Part shown: one piece after another, positions 1-8,909 of the stretch
Layout of the letters: every line of letters begins with the position of its first letter
Position numbering within the stretch: the first letter of the stretch is position 1
Position numbers and translations under genes: made by a program
Virus record (IMG/VR): IMGVR_UViG_3300022885_000066
Coordinates: 1 to 29,322 of that record
Source: a virus
Taxonomy: Duplodnaviria > Caudoviricetes
DNA length: 29,322 nt
Reading direction: 5' to 3' (one strand)
The notes under the pieces: generated by a model
Database searches by the model: none
Seen by the model: only the letters and a program-made list of their open reading frames with translations
Told to the model about the DNA's origin: nothing

Positions 1-777
1 CTCAGCCGTTTCAGCATTAGTCTCTGCTGTTTCCGCCGCTGTTGCACTCGTTGCCGCTGCTGAGGCACTACTAGCCGCCGCTGCGCTTGAACCCACCCAC
101 CATGCAGCACTAGATGCCGGGACCTGGTTTGTATTTGAGTTTTGTAAAGAAGTGTAAAGCACTCCATCAGTGCCTATAACATTCTGATGGATTGCGTAAG
201 TGATTGTTGATAACCATGCAAATTGCAGAGAAACCCAATAAGATCCTGCTGTAGATGGGTTTTGATTTAAATTAGTCCCCTGCAAAGACTGATATTGCAA
301 ATTGTCATAGGTAACTAAAGCGCCAACAGCATAAGTTATCCCTGCATTCCACTGAACAGAGTAAAGCAAAGCCCACGAGCCTGAAGTATTAACAGGGTTA
401 TTGTTTTGGTTAGCGTTGACTAAAGATCTGTAATAGATGCCGTCAGAGCCTCTCACAACGTCTAAGGCGCTGTATATCCTTGTGGCTATCCACTCGTTAC
501 CGAAATCGGTTCCTGTCTCTCCTACGGGGTCTTGGACGGCTATCTGGACATCTGCGCTATCTGTCAGAATGGCCTTGGCTACGCCTTCAAAAAATACGTT
601 AGGCTGCCTTCCCGAAGCCGTAAGAATTACGGGATTAGTATTCGCAATACTATTGTTTATATCTGCATAGGTAGTCTTCGGAGTAGTTGTTCCAGTTTCG
701 AAGAAGTACAGTCTCCCCGATACCAAAGGATTGCCATCGTTTCCTAGATATTGATCAAAATTTCCGAATCTTGCCAT
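1..777 (-). CDS. Tail fibre/tailspike, N-terminal part (runs off window); head-binding domain plus three CBM5/12-like repeats
   Basis: Not in ORF track. Read by hand from ATG at 777: MARFGNFDQYLGNDGNPLVSGRLYFFETGTTTPKTTYADINNSIANTNPVILTASGR..., open to position 1. The N-terminus matches podophage tailspike attachment domains (GxPLxxGxLYF...NTNPVILxxxG). It ends in an Ala/Ser/Thr/Glu-rich coil and lies downstream of the ejection genes. Confidence 0.85.
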   Translation of the reverse strand, partial: MARFGNFDQYLGNDGNPLVSGRLYFFETGTTTPKTTYADINNSIANTNPVILTASGRQPNVFFEGVAKAILTDSADVQIAVQDPVGETGTDFGNEWIATRIYSALDVVRGSDGIYYRSLVNANQNNNPVNTSGSWALLYSVQWNAGITYAVGALVTYDNLQYQSLQGTNLNQNPSTAGSYWVSLQFAWLSTITYAIHQNVIGTDGVLYTSLQNSNTNQVPASSAAWWVGSSAAAASSASAAATSATAAETAETNAETAE

Positions 778-801
778 TGTCTTATCCTATGCGTGTATGA
801 G

Positions 802-2691
802 TTAGTCAAAGCTTTTGAGAAGCTTTTCCATTGCTCTAAATTGTTTTTTCTCATCTCTTCCCATGATCTTGTTCGCGCCTTGACGCAATCCCTCCATAGC
901 AACCCCAGAAACCGACATCGGAACTCTAGATGCTGTGTCTACCGCTGACTGTGCCGCAAACGCTGTATCTGCCTTGGTCCCAAATATTTTGTCTAGCTCC
1001 ATTGTAAATTGCGCCTGAGTCAAAACGTCATCGTTGAACTTCTGCCCATACTTAGCAGATAGACCGTCCAAATCATTTAGCGCATTTAATAAATTAACTC
1101 TAGTAACCCTATTAGAACCAACAGCCCTGACCGCAGTACCGACGGCGCTATTTGCCCCAATTCCTTCTACGTCAATGCTTGGGCCTACCGCCTTTTTAAA
1201 GGCTTTTAATGCCGTTATTGACTCTGCGTATTTAGTATTGAGTTTATCATATTTAGGGTATTTATTATCTAACACCCCATCAAGCTGTCTTCGGAGATTC
1301 TTTACCGCTCTTTCTGCATCCCCCTCAAGACCTTCCATTGACCTGCCGTAAGCAAGCTGAGTATCTAAGAATCTCTTAAAAGTATGGACCTCGTATGCGC
1401 TCATATTCCTTTGGCTTCTCATTCTTCCTACAATTCTGTTTAAAAACCCCTCGACTCCAGCCATGCCCTGCATGTCAGCATTTGAAAAGTCCAGACTGTT
1501 ATCTGGGTTAAACCTTACGTTCATGTTTTCTAGCGTAGATCTAAACTCATTTACAGGCTCAGAAAAATCTACAGAAGATGTCCTCATGTTTGCCTTTGCA
1601 AATCTATCGATTCCCTCTCCTGCCTTCTTATTTTCCCTTGCTACAGTATTGTACCTTTTCAAAACAGAATCTCCGGCTACGTCAGTTGTTCTAGCCGTCA
1701 TTCTTGCTCGTGTGTTATTTGTCGCTTCTTCCATGATCCCTAATGAGGTCAGCATGTTTTTTCTGTCCACAGGACTGCCTTCTCGGATCATCGCAATAAG
1801 ACCCTTATCAAACCCTTGCCTTATAGCATCCTTTTGAATGGGGTCTTTTACGGCCTTAAAGGTTCGCCCTTCTGCCATGTAATCAGGAGTTCCGCCTTGA
1901 CGCTCAAACAACACAGGCAAAGTATTGTCAGGGTCAATAACCTCCTCCATTCTAAATCCCGCAGTTGAGTTTCTTGTTGCAGGCAATCCACCTTGACGCA
2001 TGTTCTCGGCAGCTTCTAGCTGTGCTGGGCTTTCGTAGTCTCTAAACTGTGATGATATTCTTTCTCTCGCTTCGTTTGCCGCTCTTACGGGCCTTGCAGC
2101 AAGATCAGCCGAAGCGTCAGCCAATCTGACACCCGTAGACGCTGCCACCCTTGATGCCGCAGGAATGCCCATGCCAGCTAACAAAATAGGATCGGCTTCA
2201 GTAAGGGTCTGAGTTTCTGGATCATATACCGAGCCAGTCTCGCTTCCGAAGGCTTCCATCTGTCCTGACAACAAGCTAGGAATGGCTCGAACTGTAGATT
2301 CTATTGTTTCACCTACCGCCGCCCGCTCTTCTTCGTCACCAATAAAAACGTCTCTTATAAATCCAGCCGCTTGCTTGGCTCCTCTTACAATAGGCATATA
2401 AGAAAGACCAAACTCATTCTCTCCGAGGACGGCAGGTATGGGTTCAAATCCCTGCTGCATTCTCCCCATTCTGTCAAAAGATGTTTGCCCAGTAGGGATG
2501 GTTGTTTCTTCTTGTATAATTTCTCGTCTAAAAGGCATGAAAGCGTCAATCGCCCCTCTATCCCCGCCATAGTCAAATTTAGTCTCCTTGCCCGTAACTA
2601 TTTCTTTGACCTTCCTTCGTATAACAGCCGGATCGGTCCCGTCAGGGAACTCCAGTACAGTGCCGTCATCTAGTATGGCTTCTATGCTCAT
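802..2691 (-). CDS. Ejection/DNA transfer (internal virion) protein, P22 gp16 position
   Basis: 629 aa, helical composition. N-terminal LDDGTVLEFPDGT motif typical of internal virion proteins. Last ejection-gene slot before the tail gene. Confidence 0.65.
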   Translation of the reverse strand: MSIEAILDDGTVLEFPDGTDPAVIRRKVKEIVTGKETKFDYGGDRGAIDAFMPFRREIIQEETTIPTGQTSFDRMGRMQQGFEPIPAVLGENEFGLSYMPIVRGAKQAAGFIRDVFIGDEEERAAVGETIESTVRAIPSLLSGQMEAFGSETGSVYDPETQTLTEADPILLAGMGIPAASRVAASTGVRLADASADLAARPVRAANEARERISSQFRDYESPAQLEAAENMRQGGLPATRNSTAGFRMEEVIDPDNTLPVLFERQGGTPDYMAEGRTFKAVKDPIQKDAIRQGFDKGLIAMIREGSPVDRKNMLTSLGIMEEATNNTRARMTARTTDVAGDSVLKRYNTVARENKKAGEGIDRFAKANMRTSSVDFSEPVNEFRSTLENMNVRFNPDNSLDFSNADMQGMAGVEGFLNRIVGRMRSQRNMSAYEVHTFKRFLDTQLAYGRSMEGLEGDAERAVKNLRRQLDGVLDNKYPKYDKLNTKYAESITALKAFKKAVGPSIDVEGIGANSAVGTAVRAVGSNRVTRVNLLNALNDLDGLSAKYGQKFNDDVLTQAQFTMELDKIFGTKADTAFAAQSAVDTASRVPMSVSGVAMEGLRQGANKIMGRDEKKQFRAMEKLLKSFD

Positions 2692-4112
2692 ATCTGATTG
2701 CCCTCGGCATCAAATAGCATCCTCATAGGGGCTCCGCTCTGCCCCATAGGAGTCTCTTCGCCAGTGATTACTAAACCGCCCTGACTGCGAATAAGTGAGT
2801 TAGACAAAGAGGTTATAATCCTGTCTAAATCGGCTTTGAATAAACCTTCTGATCGAAGCCTGTTCAATCCGCCGCCTGCTACGTCAGCAATAATCTGTAT
2901 ATCTGTTTCACTAAGGACACCCGTCATCATAGATAGATTGTCTGCTGTTAGCATGTTGAGCAAGTTCTCAATATCGACTATAGCGTCAGTCTCTCCAGGA
3001 TCATTTCTGTGGGCAAGATCTCCGAGCTGAGAAGCTCCTTGTTTAGAACCTAAGACAGCGTTTAAATCTCCATTGTTGCGGATTCTCTTAGCTATTATTA
3101 GCGCGTTTTGTTGCACCTCTCTTCCTTTCTTGTTTGTTTTTTGCTGCTCTCTTGTCGTTGTGGCAAGCGCCATCCCTGTCTCAACATCCTCAGCCTGATC
3201 CACTATGGCTCTTAATTGTCCCAGCTCATCATTTGTGGCAGAAGGAAACACAGTTGAAAGAGTCTGATCTAGGCTTCCTCTGCGCCCGCGCTCTCTGTCA
3301 GTTTTTAAAAGTGCGTTATATGCTGTCATCGATGCGGAACCTCCTCCCAAGCTTGACCAAACCTCTTGAGCCTCTGCCTGCATAGATGGGCTTAAGTCTC
3401 TCAATAACGAAGGAGGGATGGTTCTGTCTAGACGACTCTGTTCTTCGGCTCTTTGATCTAATATGCTCATGTCACTAGACCCACCCTGAATAGCAGATAA
3501 AGACATTGCCCCATCGGTTACAGGAACCCTTTCTCCGGTATCAACAAATCTAGTGATGCTATTAATGTCTTGGAAGACCGCTCTATCTTGTTGGTTAGGC
3601 GTAAAACCTTCTACCTGAGAGGCTCGGAAGCCCCCTTCCGCAGTTGGAAGAACAACCTGACCACTTTGGTTTATGCTTGCCGCTGACAAAGGCTTAGGAG
3701 CTTCTGGTCTAGGGATTACCCCATAATCCATGCCCATATTATAAATCCTGCTTAAGACCTGCCCAAGCCTAGCTTTCGCTTCTGGGTTATTGGAAGCGGC
3801 CCTGGCTAAGTTTTTAATCTCAATAGAATCGCTCTTATTGACATCTTCGCCAAGAAGATTCTCTCTGTCTCCAAATAGTTCAACAATTGACCCGTAGTCT
3901 CCTTCATCAAACATCCTTGAGGCTACGCGAGCATCCAAAAATAAAGTCTTTTGGCGCTTCTCTGTTTGGGCTAGGCGTCTGTCATCCATTGCCATATTTC
4001 GATCATCCATCGCCATCCGATCAATGTCTTCATTACGAATGCGCTCTCGGAACTGTGGGACTTCGTTCTTAAAGGCTGCTCCTAGCCCGCCTAATGCTCT
4101 TGCGATATCCAT
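2688..4112 (-). CDS. Ejection/DNA transfer protein, P22 gp20 position
   Basis: 474 aa. ALGGLGAAF N-terminus and GVLSETDIQII motif near the C-terminus. Syntenic, with ATGA coupling to the next gene. Confidence 0.6.
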   Translation of the reverse strand: MDIARALGGLGAAFKNEVPQFRERIRNEDIDRMAMDDRNMAMDDRRLAQTEKRQKTLFLDARVASRMFDEGDYGSIVELFGDRENLLGEDVNKSDSIEIKNLARAASNNPEAKARLGQVLSRIYNMGMDYGVIPRPEAPKPLSAASINQSGQVVLPTAEGGFRASQVEGFTPNQQDRAVFQDINSITRFVDTGERVPVTDGAMSLSAIQGGSSDMSILDQRAEEQSRLDRTIPPSLLRDLSPSMQAEAQEVWSSLGGGSASMTAYNALLKTDRERGRRGSLDQTLSTVFPSATNDELGQLRAIVDQAEDVETGMALATTTREQQKTNKKGREVQQNALIIAKRIRNNGDLNAVLGSKQGASQLGDLAHRNDPGETDAIVDIENLLNMLTADNLSMMTGVLSETDIQIIADVAGGGLNRLRSEGLFKADLDRIITSLSNSLIRSQGGLVITGEETPMGQSGAPMRMLFDAEGNQI

Positions 4113-4123
4113 TGCGCTATCCT

Positions 4124-6007
4124 TTAATTAAATATGTCTCTAAACGAGGGAACCTGAACTGGGGAATAGTTTTGTCCGCCTTGATTATCCCCCCCGCCCG
4201 CTAATTTAGATCCTAACGCAGCCGCATCAAGCGCATTGCCAATCCCTTGAGCATAATTAGGATTAACGAAAGGTGTAAAAGGAACCCCTGCTTGGGCGTT
4301 GCCTCTGCTCATTTCTGACTGGGCCAACATCTCACCAAACCTTGTCTGCGCCGCAGCCTCATCAATAAACCCGCCATCAACCATCTCAACCAACATGTTG
4401 CGCTGTGCATTAATAATGCCTCGCGTGTTCGCTGCCTCATTTTCAAACGAGGTCGCTAAATTATTAGCTGTATTAGTCTCACCTGCCGCAATGTTATTAC
4501 CGGCATTAGTTCTGCCTGTTGCCAAGTTAATGCCTAAGTTATTGTTAAATCTTGATACAAGATCGGCGCTATTAGCATTATTCTGGAATAACGCATTGCC
4601 CAGCCCTGTGCTGGTTCCGAGAGCCTGGCCGCCTAGTGCTGAAGCTATGTTAGCTCTATTACCACCGGCATTAGTTAGCCCCTGCATTTCAGCTTGACCA
4701 CCAGCAACATTGATATTGGCTAAATTATTACCCAAACTTGTCTGAGTGTTTAACTGCTGACTACCTAAACCACTGGCTATGTTGGCAAGGTTGGAGCCTT
4801 GATTAGAGAATGACTGAAGCCCAGCCTGACCCTGAGAAGACGCAAGGTTCGCTAGATTAGTGCCGCCTGACATTGCTGTACTTGCCGCGCTGCCTGTTGC
4901 GTTTAATCCCTGACCTGATAACTGACTTAAATTAGAAATCTGTTGCTGCAAGCCCTGAGAGGCTAAGCCCTGACCAAATCTTTGCAATTCTTTCTGGACA
5001 TTACCACCGCCTAAGCCTCCTGTAGCTCCTGCGCCTGCGAGGTTAGCCCGCATTCCTTGTTCTCTCAAGAAAGCCATCTGAGGGGATTCATTGTACGCCT
5101 GATCAAATGCTTCCTGCCCAAGAGATCCAGATAATGCCTGCTGCATACCAAGAGCATTCTGACCCGCTTGACGAAAAGGATCGAACATTCCCTCGGCTCG
5201 GCCAAAGGCTCCACTAATATCTGTTCTCGCCTGATCTGTTCCAGCACCAAAGGCATTTAAGCCTAGCTGGGTGTTGTCCATTATATCTTGGCGGGCTACA
5301 TTAGCTTGGTTTTCAGCCGAAGCTAACCCAGCTTGATAGTTTGTATTTAGATTGCCAGTAGCCGTTCCTTGAGCAGCCCTCATTGCCGCTATGCCTTCAG
5401 CAGTGCTAGAGGTAATGTCATCACGGGCTATCTGAGCTTGGTCTGTTGCAACGCCTAAGCCTTGATTGTACTGGGCTTGAAGCATGGCATTGTTCTGAGC
5501 GTTAGAAGCATTTAATGCGTTGATAGCCGCTGTCACACCACCAGTAAGAGCCTGCTCTGAGCCAGCTAGACCGGTCCTCGGGTCAGCTTGTGTTTCTGGG
5601 GTTTCAAAGTTAGTGCTAGTTACTCCAGTATTTATACTGACACCCTGCCTTGCATTGTCCATCTGAGCGGGGGAATAATTAAACCCGTTAGTGAATATCT
5701 CTTCGACAAATTCAGGAGGCGCTGAATAAAAATTCGCCACGTCTTGAATGCTGGCAACGCCAGAAGACACCAGCCTATTCATGGCTTCTGCGTCTGCCAT
5801 TGTTCCTGTGTTCTGAGTAAACGCTGAAGGGTCGCTGCCTGTAAGGCTCTGGATTATTATATTAGGGTCGACCCCAAAGTGTGAGGATACATCGTTTATC
5901 GATACCTCTCCCGCGTTTAATAAAGCCGTAACCCCGTTTACTGCCTCAGCGGTAAAGTCCTGACCCGCTTCGGGAATTGTAAACCTTTTTAGTTTAGCCA
6001 GGGACAT
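4124..6007 (-). CDS. Ejection protein with P22 gp7-like core
   Basis: Gly/Ala/Gln/Asn-rich. The segment PFRQAGQNAL...ESPQMAFLREQGMRANLAGAGATGGLGGGNVQKELQRFGQGLASQ resembles the gp7 'ATGGLGS' core. Strong AGGAGG SD. Confidence 0.7.
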   Translation of the reverse strand: MSLAKLKRFTIPEAGQDFTAEAVNGVTALLNAGEVSINDVSSHFGVDPNIIIQSLTGSDPSAFTQNTGTMADAEAMNRLVSSGVASIQDVANFYSAPPEFVEEIFTNGFNYSPAQMDNARQGVSINTGVTSTNFETPETQADPRTGLAGSEQALTGGVTAAINALNASNAQNNAMLQAQYNQGLGVATDQAQIARDDITSSTAEGIAAMRAAQGTATGNLNTNYQAGLASAENQANVARQDIMDNTQLGLNAFGAGTDQARTDISGAFGRAEGMFDPFRQAGQNALGMQQALSGSLGQEAFDQAYNESPQMAFLREQGMRANLAGAGATGGLGGGNVQKELQRFGQGLASQGLQQQISNLSQLSGQGLNATGSAASTAMSGGTNLANLASSQGQAGLQSFSNQGSNLANIASGLGSQQLNTQTSLGNNLANINVAGGQAEMQGLTNAGGNRANIASALGGQALGTSTGLGNALFQNNANSADLVSRFNNNLGINLATGRTNAGNNIAAGETNTANNLATSFENEAANTRGIINAQRNMLVEMVDGGFIDEAAAQTRFGEMLAQSEMSRGNAQAGVPFTPFVNPNYAQGIGNALDAAALGSKLAGGGDNQGGQNYSPVQVPSFRDIFN

Positions 6008-6785
6008 TGCGACCTCCTAGTGGTGATCTTTGTGATTCTGTAAAAATGTTTTGAACTTGTTGGGCGGTAAACGGTTGATTTTGAACGCCGTTAGACTGAG
6101 GCAAGCTCCTTGCTGGACCGCCTAAAGCTGGCCGAAGTCCAGCGTCTATCTCTTGCCTGCCAAAATTATCATAGTGAGACTTAGCAAACCCCTCCAGTGT
6201 ATTAAACTGAGGATCGCCCCCTTCAATTAAGGCTTGTTTGTTCATTTCATAATCTTGGGCTATGTCTGGGTTTTGAGCTAGATATGATTGCGCGTCGAAT
6301 GATGTCCACTCAGACACCCCGGAATCCGCATAAGTAGGCACGGCCATAGAAGAAAAGTTCATTGGCTCTGGGTTAGTCAATCCAGTTAAACCACTGAACC
6401 TGTCAGTGAGCTGTTGATTCTGCAAAGCGCCAAAATCTACATCATTGCCAAGAATTGCATTTCTGCTGTTTTCTCTTCCTGCCAGCAGTGCTTGCCGAGC
6501 CATGTAGCTGCCTTCTCGCATTGTCTCCATACTAGGTAGAAAAGTCTGTCCTGCCAGCAATAGGTTTCTATTCATCCCCTCTTGTCGTGCGCCTTGTGCG
6601 TTATTGTATGCAGGGGTTAAGGCTTCTATGCCTCTATTGTATGCGGAATCAACTATGCCAAGGGTATCTTGACGGTTCTCTTCTTGGAGTTTGGCTTGTT
6701 TCTTTCTGGCGTTATAGTCCAAGCCAGAACCGACAAGGCTTGCGCCCGCTCCTGCAAGTGCTGCTGCTGTTACCGCGAATGCCAT
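5994..6785 (-). CDS. Putative ejection/pilot protein with gp7-like hydrophobic N-terminus
   Basis: MAFAVTAAALAGAGASLVGSG followed by KKQAKLQ. First ejection-gene slot. C-terminal FDAQSYLAQNPDIA...HYDNFGRQE module. Confidence 0.55.
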   Translation of the reverse strand: MAFAVTAAALAGAGASLVGSGLDYNARKKQAKLQEENRQDTLGIVDSAYNRGIEALTPAYNNAQGARQEGMNRNLLLAGQTFLPSMETMREGSYMARQALLAGRENSRNAILGNDVDFGALQNQQLTDRFSGLTGLTNPEPMNFSSMAVPTYADSGVSEWTSFDAQSYLAQNPDIAQDYEMNKQALIEGGDPQFNTLEGFAKSHYDNFGRQEIDAGLRPALGGPARSLPQSNGVQNQPFTAQQVQNIFTESQRSPLGGRNVPG

Positions 6786-7228
6786 TATTCTTTCTCCAAT
6801 AATTTATCTAGGCTTTCGCCATCGATTGTTTCGTATGTAGGAATAATGTATTCCTGCTCAACCAGCTCAACGCTCGGTTCTTTATCCCAAGGAAGGCAGT
6901 TAATCCAAACAGCATCCTCAACTGCGTAAATAGCTTTTTTTGTAAGCTCTCCCGAGACAAGAGTGTAAGGAGCCTCAAGCTCTACCCTACCCTTGTCTGT
7001 AATAGCTACAACCCTTCCCTTTGATAGTATATTCACATTGGAGTATTTGTGGATCGCGCCGGTAATCACCACCCCTGCGGGTATGTGTAGCTCTCTCGTA
7101 TAGAGCCCGTGGCTGAAGTAATGATTGCACTCAAGCTCAGTAGCTTTAATGTTATTAGGGCTTTCAAGTATCGCTTTCTCAAGCTCTGCCATCTGTTCTC
7201 TGTGCTTCATATTTACTAATTGATTCAT
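6785..7228 (-). CDS. Conserved phage cupin-fold protein (P22 gp14 position)
   Basis: HYFSHGLYTRELHIPAGVVITGAIHK...LSKGRV...EDAVWINC cupin-like pattern. Confidence 0.6.
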   Translation of the reverse strand: MNQLVNMKHREQMAELEKAILESPNNIKATELECNHYFSHGLYTRELHIPAGVVITGAIHKYSNVNILSKGRVVAITDKGRVELEAPYTLVSGELTKKAIYAVEDAVWINCLPWDKEPSVELVEQEYIIPTYETIDGESLDKLLEKE

Positions 7229-7479
7229 ACCGCTACCCAGCCCTTTAAGATATCCCCAGTAATTGATGGAGACATCTTCCTGTATTCTATAGATCCAGTA
7301 GATCCATTTTTGTCAATGTATAAGCTGTACTGTCTAGCCCCAATAACCCCTTCAGGACTGCCCGCTCCAATTATAGGGATGCTTAAACTTACATCCTGTG
7401 TGAATTGTCTGAAAGGCGATGCCATCGTTCCATTTGATTCAACTATTGGCTGCGCTACATTAAGCAATGGACCCGTCAT
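7225..7479 (-). CDS. Small tail protein (gp26/plug position)
   Basis: 84 aa directly after gp10. The GAGSPEGV...SLYI...GW motif also occurs in tail-fibre termini. Confidence 0.5.
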   Translation of the reverse strand: MTGPLLNVAQPIVESNGTMASPFRQFTQDVSLSIPIIGAGSPEGVIGARQYSLYIDKNGSTGSIEYRKMSPSITGDILKGWVAV

Positions 7480-8909
7480 TTATCACCCCCAACAATGTTA
7501 GCAGTAAGTCCAATAATCACAGGCTTTACCGCGTCCGTTAGAGTGAATCTAAATATCTCAAACCGAGCGGCTCTTCCGTTGCGTCTCCAGATTGCTCTGT
7601 GAGTGTACTCGCCTATCTTACCAATGCTTCTGGATATTGGACCGCTCCATGTCTTGCCGTCTTTACTTCTTTCTAATGTAATATGAGGGTCTAGTACGGC
7701 ATCATTGCCGACTCCTGACTCGACGGTAAGCTCTAAGCTAGGAAAGAAAACGGCCTGCATGTTGTTTTGAAAAGGCTGAGTTGCAATTCTTCGGATAATT
7801 TCGCTACCGTATTCGGTATAAACGTCAGGGTCTAATCTTCCTATCCTCCCGTCTACTATGTCCCCGCAAAGAATTTGATTGTATGCCTTGACTATAGAGG
7901 CCACTCTAAACGCTCCTAGCGAACTTCCAATGACAGACTTACGTTCGTGCCATCTCTGAGATGCTGTGTCGTAGACGAGCGTTGTGGACGGCAGGCTGAA
8001 GCCTATGAAGTATGCCCCTTTGCTTGCGTAAACCCAGCCGTAAATAGCTTTGACTTGGGACTCTGTTAAACCTGATAAGATTGCGTCTATTGCTGTCGTT
8101 GATAGCTTTACCGTTGAATTGCCACTTAGACCCCAAATAGCAGTCGACTCGTTCTGACCACCGCCGACCCACATAAAAGTATCTTGTGTATTAATTAGGG
8201 AGTACGGAGCAAAGCATCCTTTCTGTAGGAACAATCCAGTTCTTTGAAACGGGAAATCAGCTCCCCCAATGTTTTGAAATGCCTCAAACGTCTCGCTGCC
8301 GCCTATGAATACTTGGTTCTTATAAACTACAGGCGCCACAATATCATCTGGATCAGATTCTGCGGTTCCAAAGTCTAGCGCGTTATATTCCATCCCGTTG
8401 TTAATAGAGCTGACAATAAACTTTTTTGAGTCTGTTGTTACTAAAAAATAGCCGTCAATAAACACCACAAACTGAGGGATACCATTAGCGTCAAAATCAT
8501 CATCAACTATCTGCTCAAAGGTATCGTCTACATGATTGTAAATATACCCATTGCCTCCAGGAACCAAGACCATTATCTGAGTGCCATTGTCGGCCATCGA
8601 CACACGAGCGTCCCCTGTGACAGTCCCTAGCGCAACTAGCGTATAGTCATCGCCAGATTGATCCAGCCTGTACAATACAGTCCCGTTTACAAAATATGGC
8701 TTTCCAGCCATTTCATGTGAGCCTCGATTAATTTCTTGAAAATCCCCAGATGTTGCTAATTGCACGAGCCCCTCTGTACCAAAGAGAGTTTCAGCGAACA
8801 AGCCTCCTTGAGTAATATTCGGATACCAATTAGTACATTCCTGCGCTGAAATAGGTAGTGAGTCGCTGACATAGAACCCATTGGCAATAGGTAGCTCAAT
8901 AACAGGCAT
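7476..8909 (-). CDS. Packaged DNA stabilization protein / tail hub (P22 gp10-like)
   Basis: 477 aa, beta-rich. Motifs RVSMADNG, FIDGYF, TAESDPDDIV, LELTVESGVG, SKDGKTWS and IGKIGEY. Confidence 0.9.
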   Translation of the reverse strand: MPVIELPIANGFYVSDSLPISAQECTNWYPNITQGGLFAETLFGTEGLVQLATSGDFQEINRGSHEMAGKPYFVNGTVLYRLDQSGDDYTLVALGTVTGDARVSMADNGTQIMVLVPGGNGYIYNHVDDTFEQIVDDDFDANGIPQFVVFIDGYFLVTTDSKKFIVSSINNGMEYNALDFGTAESDPDDIVAPVVYKNQVFIGGSETFEAFQNIGGADFPFQRTGLFLQKGCFAPYSLINTQDTFMWVGGGQNESTAIWGLSGNSTVKLSTTAIDAILSGLTESQVKAIYGWVYASKGAYFIGFSLPSTTLVYDTASQRWHERKSVIGSSLGAFRVASIVKAYNQILCGDIVDGRIGRLDPDVYTEYGSEIIRRIATQPFQNNMQAVFFPSLELTVESGVGNDAVLDPHITLERSKDGKTWSGPISRSIGKIGEYTHRAIWRRNGRAARFEIFRFTLTDAVKPVIIGLTANIVGGDK

